The notes below the pieces were generated by a model. It was not told the DNA's origin. It saw only the letters and a program-made list of their open reading frames with translations, and searched no databases. Of a DNA stretch of 64,000 bases, positions 41,133-50,079 are shown one piece after another (position 1 is the stretch's first letter; each line of letters opens with the position of its first letter). The position numbers and the translations under genes were made by a program. The DNA is taken from positions 62,001 to 126,000 of the IMG/VR virus record IMGVR_UViG_3300026484_000007; one strand, 5' to 3'.

Positions 41133-42029
41133 TTAATGATTATTTATTTTAAATATAATACCTTCCTTAAATCCTACTCCACATTCTAAGAATGGATTAC
41201 AAATATCTCCAGAATCTCCTCCGTCAGTAATTGTAAAATATTTAGCTTTTAAATCTTTTTTTTCTATATCTTCTAAATATTTATACGTAAATTTATTTAT
41301 TATTTTATTAGCGATCCTTGAAAGATCTTTCATGATCTGACTTTCTTCTTCCGTAAAGTCTTTTCTACTATAATAGAATCCATCTAATGGAAAGTAATTA
41401 TAAGGAAAAGTATCAAAGAAATCTATTTTTTTGATCTTTTTTAGATACTTATAAGGACTAGCATGTAAAAAATTAATTACATTTGTAAATACAAATTGTT
41501 TGAAAAAATTATTTAAATTGCTTTTTATTATTTTTTCAATTTCCTTATGTTTTTCGTAATGGTATTCAGTTAATTTTGAATACAATGATATCACCGTTTG
41601 AATCTTTTTTGGATCCTTTTTTGCTTCATCAAAATATTTACAAAATTCTTTAAATAAAGCTCTTGTTAAATCTTTATATACAGGAAAGAAAACTTCTAAT
41701 TCTTCAAGATCTCCAACCCAACCAGATTCAGTAATTTTATCTTCTTTATGCCAATCTTCCATAAATTGAATATTCTCTTTAATGTATTTTATAAGTTTTT
41801 CACTTTCTTTCGTCTTAATTAAATCTCTTATAGTTTCTAAATCTTTTATTGTTTTAGAATACCAATGATTTGCATCTTCTTCTTTAGAATGATGTTCAGC
41901 AAATTCTTTCTTTAACTCTTCTAAATTTTCATTTGATTTTAAAAAATCATCAATGATTTTATCAGTATCTTCTTTAACTATAAAACTCGAACTCGAACTA
42001 TTGCTCACAAATCCTAATCTTATTTTCAT
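41133..42029 (-). CDS. Hypothetical protein with MKIRLGFVSNSSSSSF N-terminus
   Basis: AAGGAG RBS; same N-terminal motif. Confidence 0.7.
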   Translation of the reverse strand: MKIRLGFVSNSSSSSFIVKEDTDKIIDDFLKSNENLEELKKEFAEHHSKEEDANHWYSKTIKDLETIRDLIKTKESEKLIKYIKENIQFMEDWHKEDKITESGWVGDLEELEVFFPVYKDLTRALFKEFCKYFDEAKKDPKKIQTVISLYSKLTEYHYEKHKEIEKIIKSNLNNFFKQFVFTNVINFLHASPYKYLKKIKKIDFFDTFPYNYFPLDGFYYSRKDFTEEESQIMKDLSRIANKIINKFTYKYLEDIEKKDLKAKYFTITDGGDSGDICNPFLECGVGFKEGIIFKINNH

Positions 42030-42283
42030 TTTTTCTCCTTTAATTTTTTTTCAAAATTGTGTTCAAAACCTTTATAATCACAATAAATACATTCAAAATG
42101 TGGGGGCTTAATTTCCCCGTTTTGATAGATTTCTCCAGCTACTGGATAAACATCCTTACCACATTGAGGACATTTTAATTCTTTTGCAATTTTTATACCA
42201 TCTTCCATTGTATCAATAAAGCTTAATAATGTTTTTTCTTGCTTCATTTTATCCTCCTTTAATTTTAATTTCTTACTGTGCAT
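42026..42283 (-). CDS. Small zinc-ribbon protein
   Basis: CPQC..CIYC; probable start at MKQEK. Confidence 0.6.
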   Translation of the reverse strand: MHSKKLKLKEDKMKQEKTLLSFIDTMEDGIKIAKELKCPQCGKDVYPVAGEIYQNGEIKPPHFECIYCDYKGFEHNFEKKLKEKK

Positions 42284-42534
42284 GTTCTAACGCGCCCTTT
42301 TTGATCATATAAAGGAGAAATTGCTATTCCTTTACCTCTAACCATAACCATATATCTAACTCCATCTATACAATAAACCATTATATACTTTTTAAATAAT
42401 TCATTTTCATTTAAAGTAAAATAGCCAATATAATGTACTTTAATATCATCTATTTTACGATCAAACGCGAATAATGAAGTATTCATAAATGAAATTATTA
42501 ATGCTAGTAATATAAATTTTATTTTTGCACTCAT
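42265..42534 (-). CDS. Small exported protein
   Basis: Signal-peptide-like N-terminus; CIDGVRY..C motif. Confidence 0.55.
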   Translation of the reverse strand: MSAKIKFILLALIISFMNTSLFAFDRKIDDIKVHYIGYFTLNENELFKKYIMVYCIDGVRYMVMVRGKGIAISPLYDQKGRVRTCTVRN

Positions 42535-42535
42535 T

Positions 42536-42868
42536 TTATTCTCCTTCTGTTTTATTATTTAATTTATTCTTTTTCAATTCCAGATAATCATGAACTATTA
42601 TTTTCTTAATATCTCCGGATACATTCAATTCTTGAATCTGTCTTTCATTTTTATCTTTAATTAAAAATTGAATAGCTTCGTCTCGAACCGAGTAGTTATA
42701 AAAAACAGCAAGAAGAGAAAATGTTAATGGTATTGATAATGCTATGATTGATCCAAATGCACTAGAACCATTAGTTCCAGTATCAAATCCTATACCTATA
42801 CCTATAAATAAAGTAGTCAATAAAGCAACAACAACCATAAATCCTTCATGTAATAATGACGCATCCAT
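42536..42868 (-). CDS. Two-TM membrane protein
   Basis: Two hydrophobic segments. Confidence 0.6.
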   Translation of the reverse strand: MDASLLHEGFMVVVALLTTLFIGIGIGFDTGTNGSSAFGSIIALSIPLTFSLLAVFYNYSVRDEAIQFLIKDKNERQIQELNVSGDIKKIIVHDYLELKKNKLNNKTEGE

Positions 42869-43287
42869 TATTTTTTCCTCCCATGTAAAATGCAGTTTTG
42901 ATTTATAATAAATCCTATTGTTCCAAGTCTTTCATAGTTATCCAAAATAGGACAAGAACAAGCTGGTTGTTTAAACCACCAAGAATGATAATTTTCGTCT
43001 TGATCGAAATGCCATAATTTTTGCAGTTCGAACTCGATTTCTTTTATTCTTTTATCCATCTCTTTTAATTGATCTTTTTTAGATTCAATCTTGCCTAACT
43101 CAATTATTTCTTTTTCTTTATCAAAAATATTTTGAATCTCTTCGTGGTGTTTTATGATATTTTTAATTTCCTCTACGCTTAAATTTTTTTCCATCATTAA
43201 GCTGGTATTTAAACCAGCTGATTTAGCTTTTTCAAATAATAAAGCTAATTCATTTGGCTGTCTGCAACTCATTCTTTCTCCTTTCAT
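42868..43287 (-). CDS. Conserved phage Cys/His protein
   Basis: LQKLW.F..D.NYH..W...CSCP..DN..C.LHG. Confidence 0.6.
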   Translation of the reverse strand: MKGERMSCRQPNELALLFEKAKSAGLNTSLMMEKNLSVEEIKNIIKHHEEIQNIFDKEKEIIELGKIESKKDQLKEMDKRIKEIEFELQKLWHFDQDENYHSWWFKQPACSCPILDNYERLGTIGFIINQNCILHGRKK

Positions 43288-43289
43288 TT

Positions 43290-44438
43290 TTAATTAAGAT
43301 AAATTATTTTTAATTTATCTTTTATTTTTTTAATCTCATCAATTATATATTGATGATACGTAAATACGACTACCATTACATTTTCATCTCCAAAATTAAT
43401 AATATTACTTAATTCATAAGATACATCTTCTGAAGTCTTATGACTTACAGTATTGATAATTTTTGGTGGATTTCTAAATAAAGATTCTAAAGTATTTTTT
43501 AATTCAAGTATCATTTGATACTTAGGAGAATTCTTTAATGCTACTTTTCCACTTACATTATTTTTATATTCTCCTCCTATAAATACCACTTTGCCTTTAT
43601 TGTCAGTTTTATCTAAGAATTCGAAGATTGTTTTTTTCAAATCATTTAAAATAATTTGATAATAATCTTCATTGATATTATCTGCAGCTTTCCACAGACT
43701 CTCTACTGGACCTGATAAATACTTATTATCTACTCCTATGCATTCTCCACCGATCAATCCTGGATGGATCCCTTTGACAAAATTGTCTTTTAATTCACAA
43801 ATTCTAATAGTCTCTTCAAATACTTTTTGATTAAATATTTGCATTTTAAATGAATTCATTAGCGAAATTAAAATATACCTTTGAGTGTTTTCAAAGATTT
43901 TGGCTAAAATTACTGCTTCTGGAAAATCAGAATATTCAGCTCCAAATATCTTTTCAATATAATTTTTTAAATCGGCAGTACTCCAGTAAGTTAATTTAAA
44001 ATTAACATTGTCTCCAGGCGAGTATCTTTCTGGGACTACTGCTTTACTTTTAGATTTTATACCATAAAAAAATGATACATCGAATGTTGATCTTACTACG
44101 ATCGGATTATTTGAAAAATATTTATTAATTAATCCTGCAAAAAGAAGATCTTCTTCTTTATTTCCTTTGGTGTTTATGCAAATATAAATTTTTGCTTTTT
44201 CATCAATTCTTTTAGAAACTTCTTTCATGAATTCTTTTTCACCCCAATGGATAATAAATGCATCACCTATTTTATTCAATTCTTTTAAATTCTCAGGCGT
44301 TTTGATATCCAGAAAAAGAATTTTATTTTCTGGAAAAGTTTTTTTGATATCTTGAGCTGTTTTTAATCCTATTAAACCAGCTCCAATTATAATTTCATTA
44401 TAATTTTCATTCAATTTACAAATTTCTTGAATTAGCAT
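43290..44438 (-). CDS. Divergent UDP-glucose/GDP-mannose-family nucleotide-sugar dehydrogenase
   Basis: IGAGLIG, VVRST, PERYSPG, AKIFENT.R, PGLIGGECI (catalytic Cys). Confidence 0.72.
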   Translation of the reverse strand: MLIQEICKLNENYNEIIIGAGLIGLKTAQDIKKTFPENKILFLDIKTPENLKELNKIGDAFIIHWGEKEFMKEVSKRIDEKAKIYICINTKGNKEEDLLFAGLINKYFSNNPIVVRSTFDVSFFYGIKSKSKAVVPERYSPGDNVNFKLTYWSTADLKNYIEKIFGAEYSDFPEAVILAKIFENTQRYILISLMNSFKMQIFNQKVFEETIRICELKDNFVKGIHPGLIGGECIGVDNKYLSGPVESLWKAADNINEDYYQIILNDLKKTIFEFLDKTDNKGKVVFIGGEYKNNVSGKVALKNSPKYQMILELKNTLESLFRNPPKIINTVSHKTSEDVSYELSNIINFGDENVMVVVFTYHQYIIDEIKKIKDKLKIIYLN

Positions 44439-44456
44439 TCTTTCTCCTTTTAATTT

Positions 44457-45512
44457 TTAATAATTTGCAGTTTTGCAATAATGAAATGGAATATGTTCAA
44501 ATGTTATATTCTTAGCCATTCTGAAAAAATATGCATCAATGTTTATAGCTGGGACTTTATACTTATTTTTTATTTTTAATAAAATATGCAAAGTCGCAAA
44601 TCTTAATAAGAATTCTTCATTTGAATTTTCAATTAAGAGTTCTTTATTTTTAATTTTTTTAAGAATTTTTTTGAATCTCTTAGTTTCTGGAAATAAGTTA
44701 TAGAAATTCATTGCTTGTGGAAGTCTGTAATCGATAGGAATTTTATTATAATTTTTAACAATTTCCGCGAGACGCTCCACATCTATCTTATTAATAATTC
44801 TATATTTTTTTATATAATAATTGAAAAAATATGCTCCAAGAATCTTCTTTTTTTCAAAGAAATCTTGAGTAAAGATAGGGTTATCAAAATTAACTCCGTA
44901 CTTTAATAAAGATTCCAAAATATTAATTCTTTCTTGCAACATTGGATATTGCTTTTCAGTCATTAATAATATTAAAGAATTTATAACTTTCTTATAAAAG
45001 TTTATATAATTTTTTAAACGAAATTCGTATTTGTCTTTATCAGATAATTCTAAATAATAAAAAATATAATTTCTAATTTCTTTTTTAAAGATCTTATCTA
45101 GATCTTTAGAATAAACCCAAGAATCAATATTACCTTTATAATTTGGCGTCCACCAGAACCCAAATTGCAAAGCACTATTAATAACAGAATATCCATAAAT
45201 TAATTCGCTAAAATCAAAACACATATTGTTTCTTTTTTTTACTTCGATGCTCGTTGAAGTTGGAATACAGTATTCTCTTTTATTGATCCAAGAAAGATCA
45301 GGAAATAAAGGTTTTGCTTTTTTTAATCTATCTTTTAAATCAGGCATTCCTTTATAGAATTTTTTTAATTTTTTATCGATTTGATTTTTTTCTTTATCCG
45401 TTAAAATATTTTTTAATTCTTTATACATTTTTTCTCCTTGCGTATATTTTATATATTTAAAAAGAGATCCTAAAAAGATCTCTTTTCTCTTTCTTTTTTC
45501 TGCTCTCTCCAT
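44457..45512 (-). CDS. Qng1/DUF2419-like queuosine-nucleotide N-glycosylase (salvage) homologue
   Basis: ALQFGFW, P.LQER, FEKK, IDYRLPQ, EE..LR.AT, AINID..F, PFH...T.NY C-terminus; probable start 45428. Confidence 0.65.
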   Translation of the reverse strand: MERAEKRKRKEIFLGSLFKYIKYTQGEKMYKELKNILTDKEKNQIDKKLKKFYKGMPDLKDRLKKAKPLFPDLSWINKREYCIPTSTSIEVKKRNNMCFDFSELIYGYSVINSALQFGFWWTPNYKGNIDSWVYSKDLDKIFKKEIRNYIFYYLELSDKDKYEFRLKNYINFYKKVINSLILLMTEKQYPMLQERINILESLLKYGVNFDNPIFTQDFFEKKKILGAYFFNYYIKKYRIINKIDVERLAEIVKNYNKIPIDYRLPQAMNFYNLFPETKRFKKILKKIKNKELLIENSNEEFLLRFATLHILLKIKNKYKVPAINIDAYFFRMAKNITFEHIPFHYCKTANY

Positions 45513-45943
45513 TTTTCGTCAATTACATCTAATACTTCTGGAACATTATCATGATATTTTTTATGACAATATTCGCAAAGTACGATATAATTTACTTTTT
45601 TATCAAAATGCATATCCATAATTTCTTGACAAACATCAAAATCAGTTTTATCGTCTAAAGTATTCATATTGACATGCATTTGAAGATAATCATCTACGAC
45701 ATCAAATAAAGTTTTTGGATAATGATGAGATTCCATTTTAACGACATCTCTACTTATCCCACAAATTGGGCATTCATCAATTCCAATTTTGCTTCGTTTC
45801 TGCCAAATATCATATGACATTGATCCTCTAATTAATTTTTGAAGATGTTTAATACAACGAATATATTGTCTATCATTGCTTAAGTCATAATTATACCATA
45901 TCGAGGTATTTTCATTTTCTTCTTTGAATCGACTATCAGCCAT
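45470..45943 (-). CDS. HNH-like zinc-binding protein
   Basis: CPICG..ESHH..LCEYCHKKYH. Confidence 0.6.
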   Translation of the reverse strand: MADSRFKEENENTSIWYNYDLSNDRQYIRCIKHLQKLIRGSMSYDIWQKRSKIGIDECPICGISRDVVKMESHHYPKTLFDVVDDYLQMHVNMNTLDDKTDFDVCQEIMDMHFDKKVNYIVLCEYCHKKYHDNVPEVLDVIDEKWREQKKEREKRSF

Positions 45944-45996
45944 TTTATATCCTTTGATTAATTTTCTTTATTTTTCCTTTTTATTCTTATTCTTTT

Positions 45997-47211
45997 TTAT
46001 TCGTCTTTGACTAACAATTCAGTTTTTGTCTTAGAGAATTTTGAGTTCTCAATTATTTTATCAAAATACTTTTCGCTAAATCCACTCAATTCTTTAATTT
46101 CTGATCCAAAATTCATTGCTAGTTTTTTTATCGTATCCGACGAATTTTCCCAAGCATGAATATGGATACTTTTTCTTTTCTTAAATTTTTCCATTGAAGG
46201 TTTTAGATCTTCAATGTTTTTATCAAATCTTCTTTTAGATCCAGCTAAAGTAATTCTTACTAATTTTGGAGTCTTTTCTTTTGAATGATTTTGATTATTT
46301 GAATCATTTTCATTAGTATTTTTCTTCGGATCTTTTTTAGATCTTTTTTTGTCTTTTTCTAAAAATATAAAAAATTTTTCTTTTAAATTTTTTATTCTCT
46401 CTGGCTTTAAACATATTTTTAAAAGCGCATCATTAGAATTTGAAATTTTTAATAATTGCTTTCTCGTTAATTTTGGTAATCTAATTTTAAAATGATATTC
46501 TTCTTCTAAATCTTCAAAAGATAGATTCCAAACATTATCTTCACCAATTTCATTGATAATTGTATCTAAATTATTATAAAATTTTTCAGGAACCGTTTTA
46601 TGTTTTTTTAAACGATCGATAGTTGATTTTGAAAGATTAAATAATAAACTCGCATCTTTTATAGATACATTAGGATACTTTTTTAAAAATAAAAAAGCTT
46701 TTAATCTTAAACTGAAAGATTTTGCTGAAAGTTTTGATTTATAAATTTTTTCATGAATATCTAATACCCAAATTAGATCTTCTTTATTAACGATCTTTTT
46801 AAGATCATTAAGTACTTCATCTGTAATAATTTTATCTTCTTCAAATTTTTTAAAATTTTTATCGATTAATTCTTTTTCAATTTCTTTAGCTAAATCATTT
46901 AAAAAATTTTCATATTTTTTAAGATCAATCCCATTATGATCAAGAATGAATTTATAAATTTTTGGATATTCATTTTTGATTTTATCGTATAATAAATAAC
47001 CTATTTTATATTTTCCATCCATCTTATTTTGAATTCTTGGGAATGTCATTCTTGAAATATTATAATCGTATTCTTCTTTAAAACTTTTAGATAATTTATA
47101 TCCTGATGACTCAGGATTTTTTTCAATAAATTCAATTGCCTTTAAAAGCCAAACCCAAGGTATTCCTGAATGTCTAATTCTAACGTCTGATGCATTTACT
47201 TCTTTTCCCAT
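45997..47211 (-). CDS. Basic protein with HTH-like segment(s)
   Basis: SIKDASLLFNLSKSTIDRLK. Confidence 0.5.
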   Translation of the reverse strand: MGKEVNASDVRIRHSGIPWVWLLKAIEFIEKNPESSGYKLSKSFKEEYDYNISRMTFPRIQNKMDGKYKIGYLLYDKIKNEYPKIYKFILDHNGIDLKKYENFLNDLAKEIEKELIDKNFKKFEEDKIITDEVLNDLKKIVNKEDLIWVLDIHEKIYKSKLSAKSFSLRLKAFLFLKKYPNVSIKDASLLFNLSKSTIDRLKKHKTVPEKFYNNLDTIINEIGEDNVWNLSFEDLEEEYHFKIRLPKLTRKQLLKISNSNDALLKICLKPERIKNLKEKFFIFLEKDKKRSKKDPKKNTNENDSNNQNHSKEKTPKLVRITLAGSKRRFDKNIEDLKPSMEKFKKRKSIHIHAWENSSDTIKKLAMNFGSEIKELSGFSEKYFDKIIENSKFSKTKTELLVKDE

Positions 47212-47238
47212 TTCCGTCTCCTTTTTATTGATTTATTT

Positions 47239-48108
47239 TTATTGATTTATAAGTCTTTTAAAATTTTTATTAATCTCCGATCTTAAACGTTGATAGTCCC
47301 AAAAGTTTAGAACGGTATATTTAATAAATTTATTTTCATCGTAATCTTCAAGATAATCGTTTTGAATGATACTGAATTCTTTTGATATAAAAAAATCGAA
47401 TTTAAAATCTTGAACATAGTATCTTTTAACCGAATTTTTATCAATGAATAAATGAACCATTTGATTCTTTTTTTCATCTATAAAAGAATCGATTATAGTT
47501 AATTCTAATTCATTAATAATTTCTTCATTTAACTCAGTTAAAAATGGATTAATCTTGTTTGTATCTTTTTTAGATCCTTTTGCTAAAGAATTAATTTTTT
47601 TATTTAAATCATCTTGTATGATTTTATTGATTTTTTCATTTAAGTTTTTCTGTTCCTTTTTATCAATTTTCGAAGCCTTAAATTTTTTAATTTCTTGACC
47701 GACTCTATTTGCAACTAACTCTCTCGTTCTAATATCGATGAATTGCTCTTGTTCTTTTTTAGCAACTTCTTCTAATTCTTTAATTTTATTTAATTCTTGA
47801 TAAAAATTAAAAAAGTCGCTTCTTATATCGTATTTTTTTATATCATTTTCGATAATTATCATTTTTAAATAATTTAAAAATAATAAAGGATTTTTTTCAA
47901 TTTCCTGATTGAATAATAAATTATATTTTGATAAAAATTGAACAATTTTCGGTCTTCTCCATAATGCTTCAAATAAATAAATAATATTCCTTTTGACCTC
48001 TTTTTCTGACGACAAAAAAACGTCAGGAATAGATTCCTGACGTGATGTAATATAATCAATTAAATCTCTTACCGTAACTTTAGCTTTCGAAGATTTATTT
48101 TTGGCCAT
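47239..48108 (-). CDS. Hypothetical protein
   Basis: GGAG RBS; contains an internal terminator-like motif. Confidence 0.65.
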   Translation of the reverse strand: MAKNKSSKAKVTVRDLIDYITSRQESIPDVFLSSEKEVKRNIIYLFEALWRRPKIVQFLSKYNLLFNQEIEKNPLLFLNYLKMIIIENDIKKYDIRSDFFNFYQELNKIKELEEVAKKEQEQFIDIRTRELVANRVGQEIKKFKASKIDKKEQKNLNEKINKIIQDDLNKKINSLAKGSKKDTNKINPFLTELNEEIINELELTIIDSFIDEKKNQMVHLFIDKNSVKRYYVQDFKFDFFISKEFSIIQNDYLEDYDENKFIKYTVLNFWDYQRLRSEINKNFKRLINQ

Positions 48109-48814
48109 TTTCTACTCCTGAATTTCCAAATAATTTTTCAAGAGTTTTTTGGTTTAAAGTATAAACATGAATTCCTGTTACAAAAACTTTTACTGCATCA
48201 AATAAATAATCATGTGTTTTAACTTTATTGATTTCAGCAATTGTTTCAGTAATTAATTCTCTGTATTTTTCTGGTTTGATAAAATTATCAATTAGAATTT
48301 TTATTAATATTGGAGAGAAAGTTTCTGATAAAGCATTCGCAATCATATTTACGAATTGATCAAAATCAATTTCTTTCCATTCATTGTGTTTATCGTTTGT
48401 ATCTTTTTTAGATTCGTGTTCTTTATTGAAGTCAATATACACTCTTCTAATAGTTGAATAAGATAATCCTTTTGGTTCAAATTCTTCTCTTAATTCTTTT
48501 AATGTTTTTTCTGGATTTTTTTCTAAATATTTTAATAAGTCTCTTTTTAAAAGTTGACTCATTTTTCTATTAGCTTTTTTTCTTACCTCTTTTTTCTCTT
48601 GAATTTCTTTTTCATGAGAGCGTTTTTCATCCAAAATCTCATTTACAATATCTTGATATTTTTTATATTTTAAATCTCTAATTCTAGTAACAGTCGAAAC
48701 GCTTGTTTCGTAATAATTAGCTAAATCTTTTAAAGTCATAGGTATTTCTTTATTCTTAATTTTATTAGCCGCAACCCAAATATCATAAATATGTTGATCA
48801 GATAATCTTGTCAT
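48095..48814 (-). CDS. Tandem HTH DNA-binding protein
   Basis: TLKDLANYYETSVSTVTRI and TLKELREEF..LSYSTIRRV. Confidence 0.6.
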   Translation of the reverse strand: MTRLSDQHIYDIWVAANKIKNKEIPMTLKDLANYYETSVSTVTRIRDLKYKKYQDIVNEILDEKRSHEKEIQEKKEVRKKANRKMSQLLKRDLLKYLEKNPEKTLKELREEFEPKGLSYSTIRRVYIDFNKEHESKKDTNDKHNEWKEIDFDQFVNMIANALSETFSPILIKILIDNFIKPEKYRELITETIAEINKVKTHDYLFDAVKVFVTGIHVYTLNQKTLEKLFGNSGVENGQK

Positions 48815-48836
48815 TGTATTCTCCTTTTAATATATT

Positions 48837-50075
48837 TTAATATGTTTTTAGAATGTTTTTACATTTAGATTCAAGAATTTCTGTCGAATCTTTTTCGTTT
48901 AAATAAATATCTAAAAATTCTTGAATAATCTGTAGATTATTATAAATCTCAACTGCAAATCTTCCTTGTTCAAATAAAGGATGGATCTTTTTAAGATCAT
49001 CAATTGAATAATCAAAATATTTTCTTAGATCTTCTAATGATAAATTATCTAACAATTCGTGACTAAATTGAATTACATTATTAATATTTTGACACATAAA
49101 ATCTACAAAATCTTCATTTTCTAATTTTCCATGATTGCATAATAAATCTTTTTTTTCTTTAATTGTATCTAAAAAAGATTCTTTATTAGAATGATTATCT
49201 AACATCTTATCAAGATCGTTTATATCTTTAATGAATAAATAATCATCTTGATGTTTGCATACTAATGGTAGTTTATGTTCAATTTTGGCAAATCTTATCA
49301 ATTCACTTGAATCCATAGTAAATTCGATATTAATATCGTATTTACTTAAAAGATTTTCTAAGAAAATCGTTGTGAATATCATAAGTTTACTACTTTGACC
49401 TAATAAATGAAGATGAGTAATTTTTCCATTATTATCTCTAATTTTGCTTAATAGCCAAAATAAAAATGGAACAGCATGACTAAATTTCGCATTAGTCTCT
49501 TTTTTTAATCCTACTAGACCTCCAAAAGAATATCTAGTATAGTATTGATATATATTATGCTTATCCATAAGCTCTTTCCATAAATCAAAGACTGGTTCAA
49601 TTCTCGTTTGGACAATAAAAAGTTGCTTATCAGCAATTTCTGGAATTTCTTTAATCAATTGAATACTTTGACTAATACTGTAATCATTGAATTCAATTTG
49701 CTCTTGTTTATTCCAACCACGATTCATAACGTCCAATGAGAATATGTAATCTATATCATCTTTGTATTTTTTTAGTAAATAATGATATGTTCTGATGTAT
49801 TCTTTAACTCTACGTTTAGAAACATATCCCATAATAACCTGGAACCCTCCCGAATCCACGAATAATTTTATTTTATCTGCGACTTCAGGATAAATCTCTT
49901 TATATTTATTTTTCTGCTTAACGATTTTCTTCATTTGCTTATCGATTTGAAATAAAGTCCAAGATTTATTAGTAGTTGGCTCTGCCATTGATACTAAGAA
50001 ATTTGGAAAATATTTAAACGTAACCTTCGTTATTCTTTCTGGAGCTGCTGCTCCAAGTACTGCTACATATTTCAT
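48837..50075 (-). CDS. DpdA/TGT-like guanine transglycosylase
   Basis: FVDSGGFQ, SLDV, FGGLVG, HLHLLG, TMDSS motifs of the TGT/DpdA TIM barrel. Confidence 0.8.
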   Translation of the reverse strand: MKYVAVLGAAAPERITKVTFKYFPNFLVSMAEPTTNKSWTLFQIDKQMKKIVKQKNKYKEIYPEVADKIKLFVDSGGFQVIMGYVSKRRVKEYIRTYHYLLKKYKDDIDYIFSLDVMNRGWNKQEQIEFNDYSISQSIQLIKEIPEIADKQLFIVQTRIEPVFDLWKELMDKHNIYQYYTRYSFGGLVGLKKETNAKFSHAVPFLFWLLSKIRDNNGKITHLHLLGQSSKLMIFTTIFLENLLSKYDINIEFTMDSSELIRFAKIEHKLPLVCKHQDDYLFIKDINDLDKMLDNHSNKESFLDTIKEKKDLLCNHGKLENEDFVDFMCQNINNVIQFSHELLDNLSLEDLRKYFDYSIDDLKKIHPLFEQGRFAVEIYNNLQIIQEFLDIYLNEKDSTEILESKCKNILKTY

Positions 50076-50079
50076 AAAT

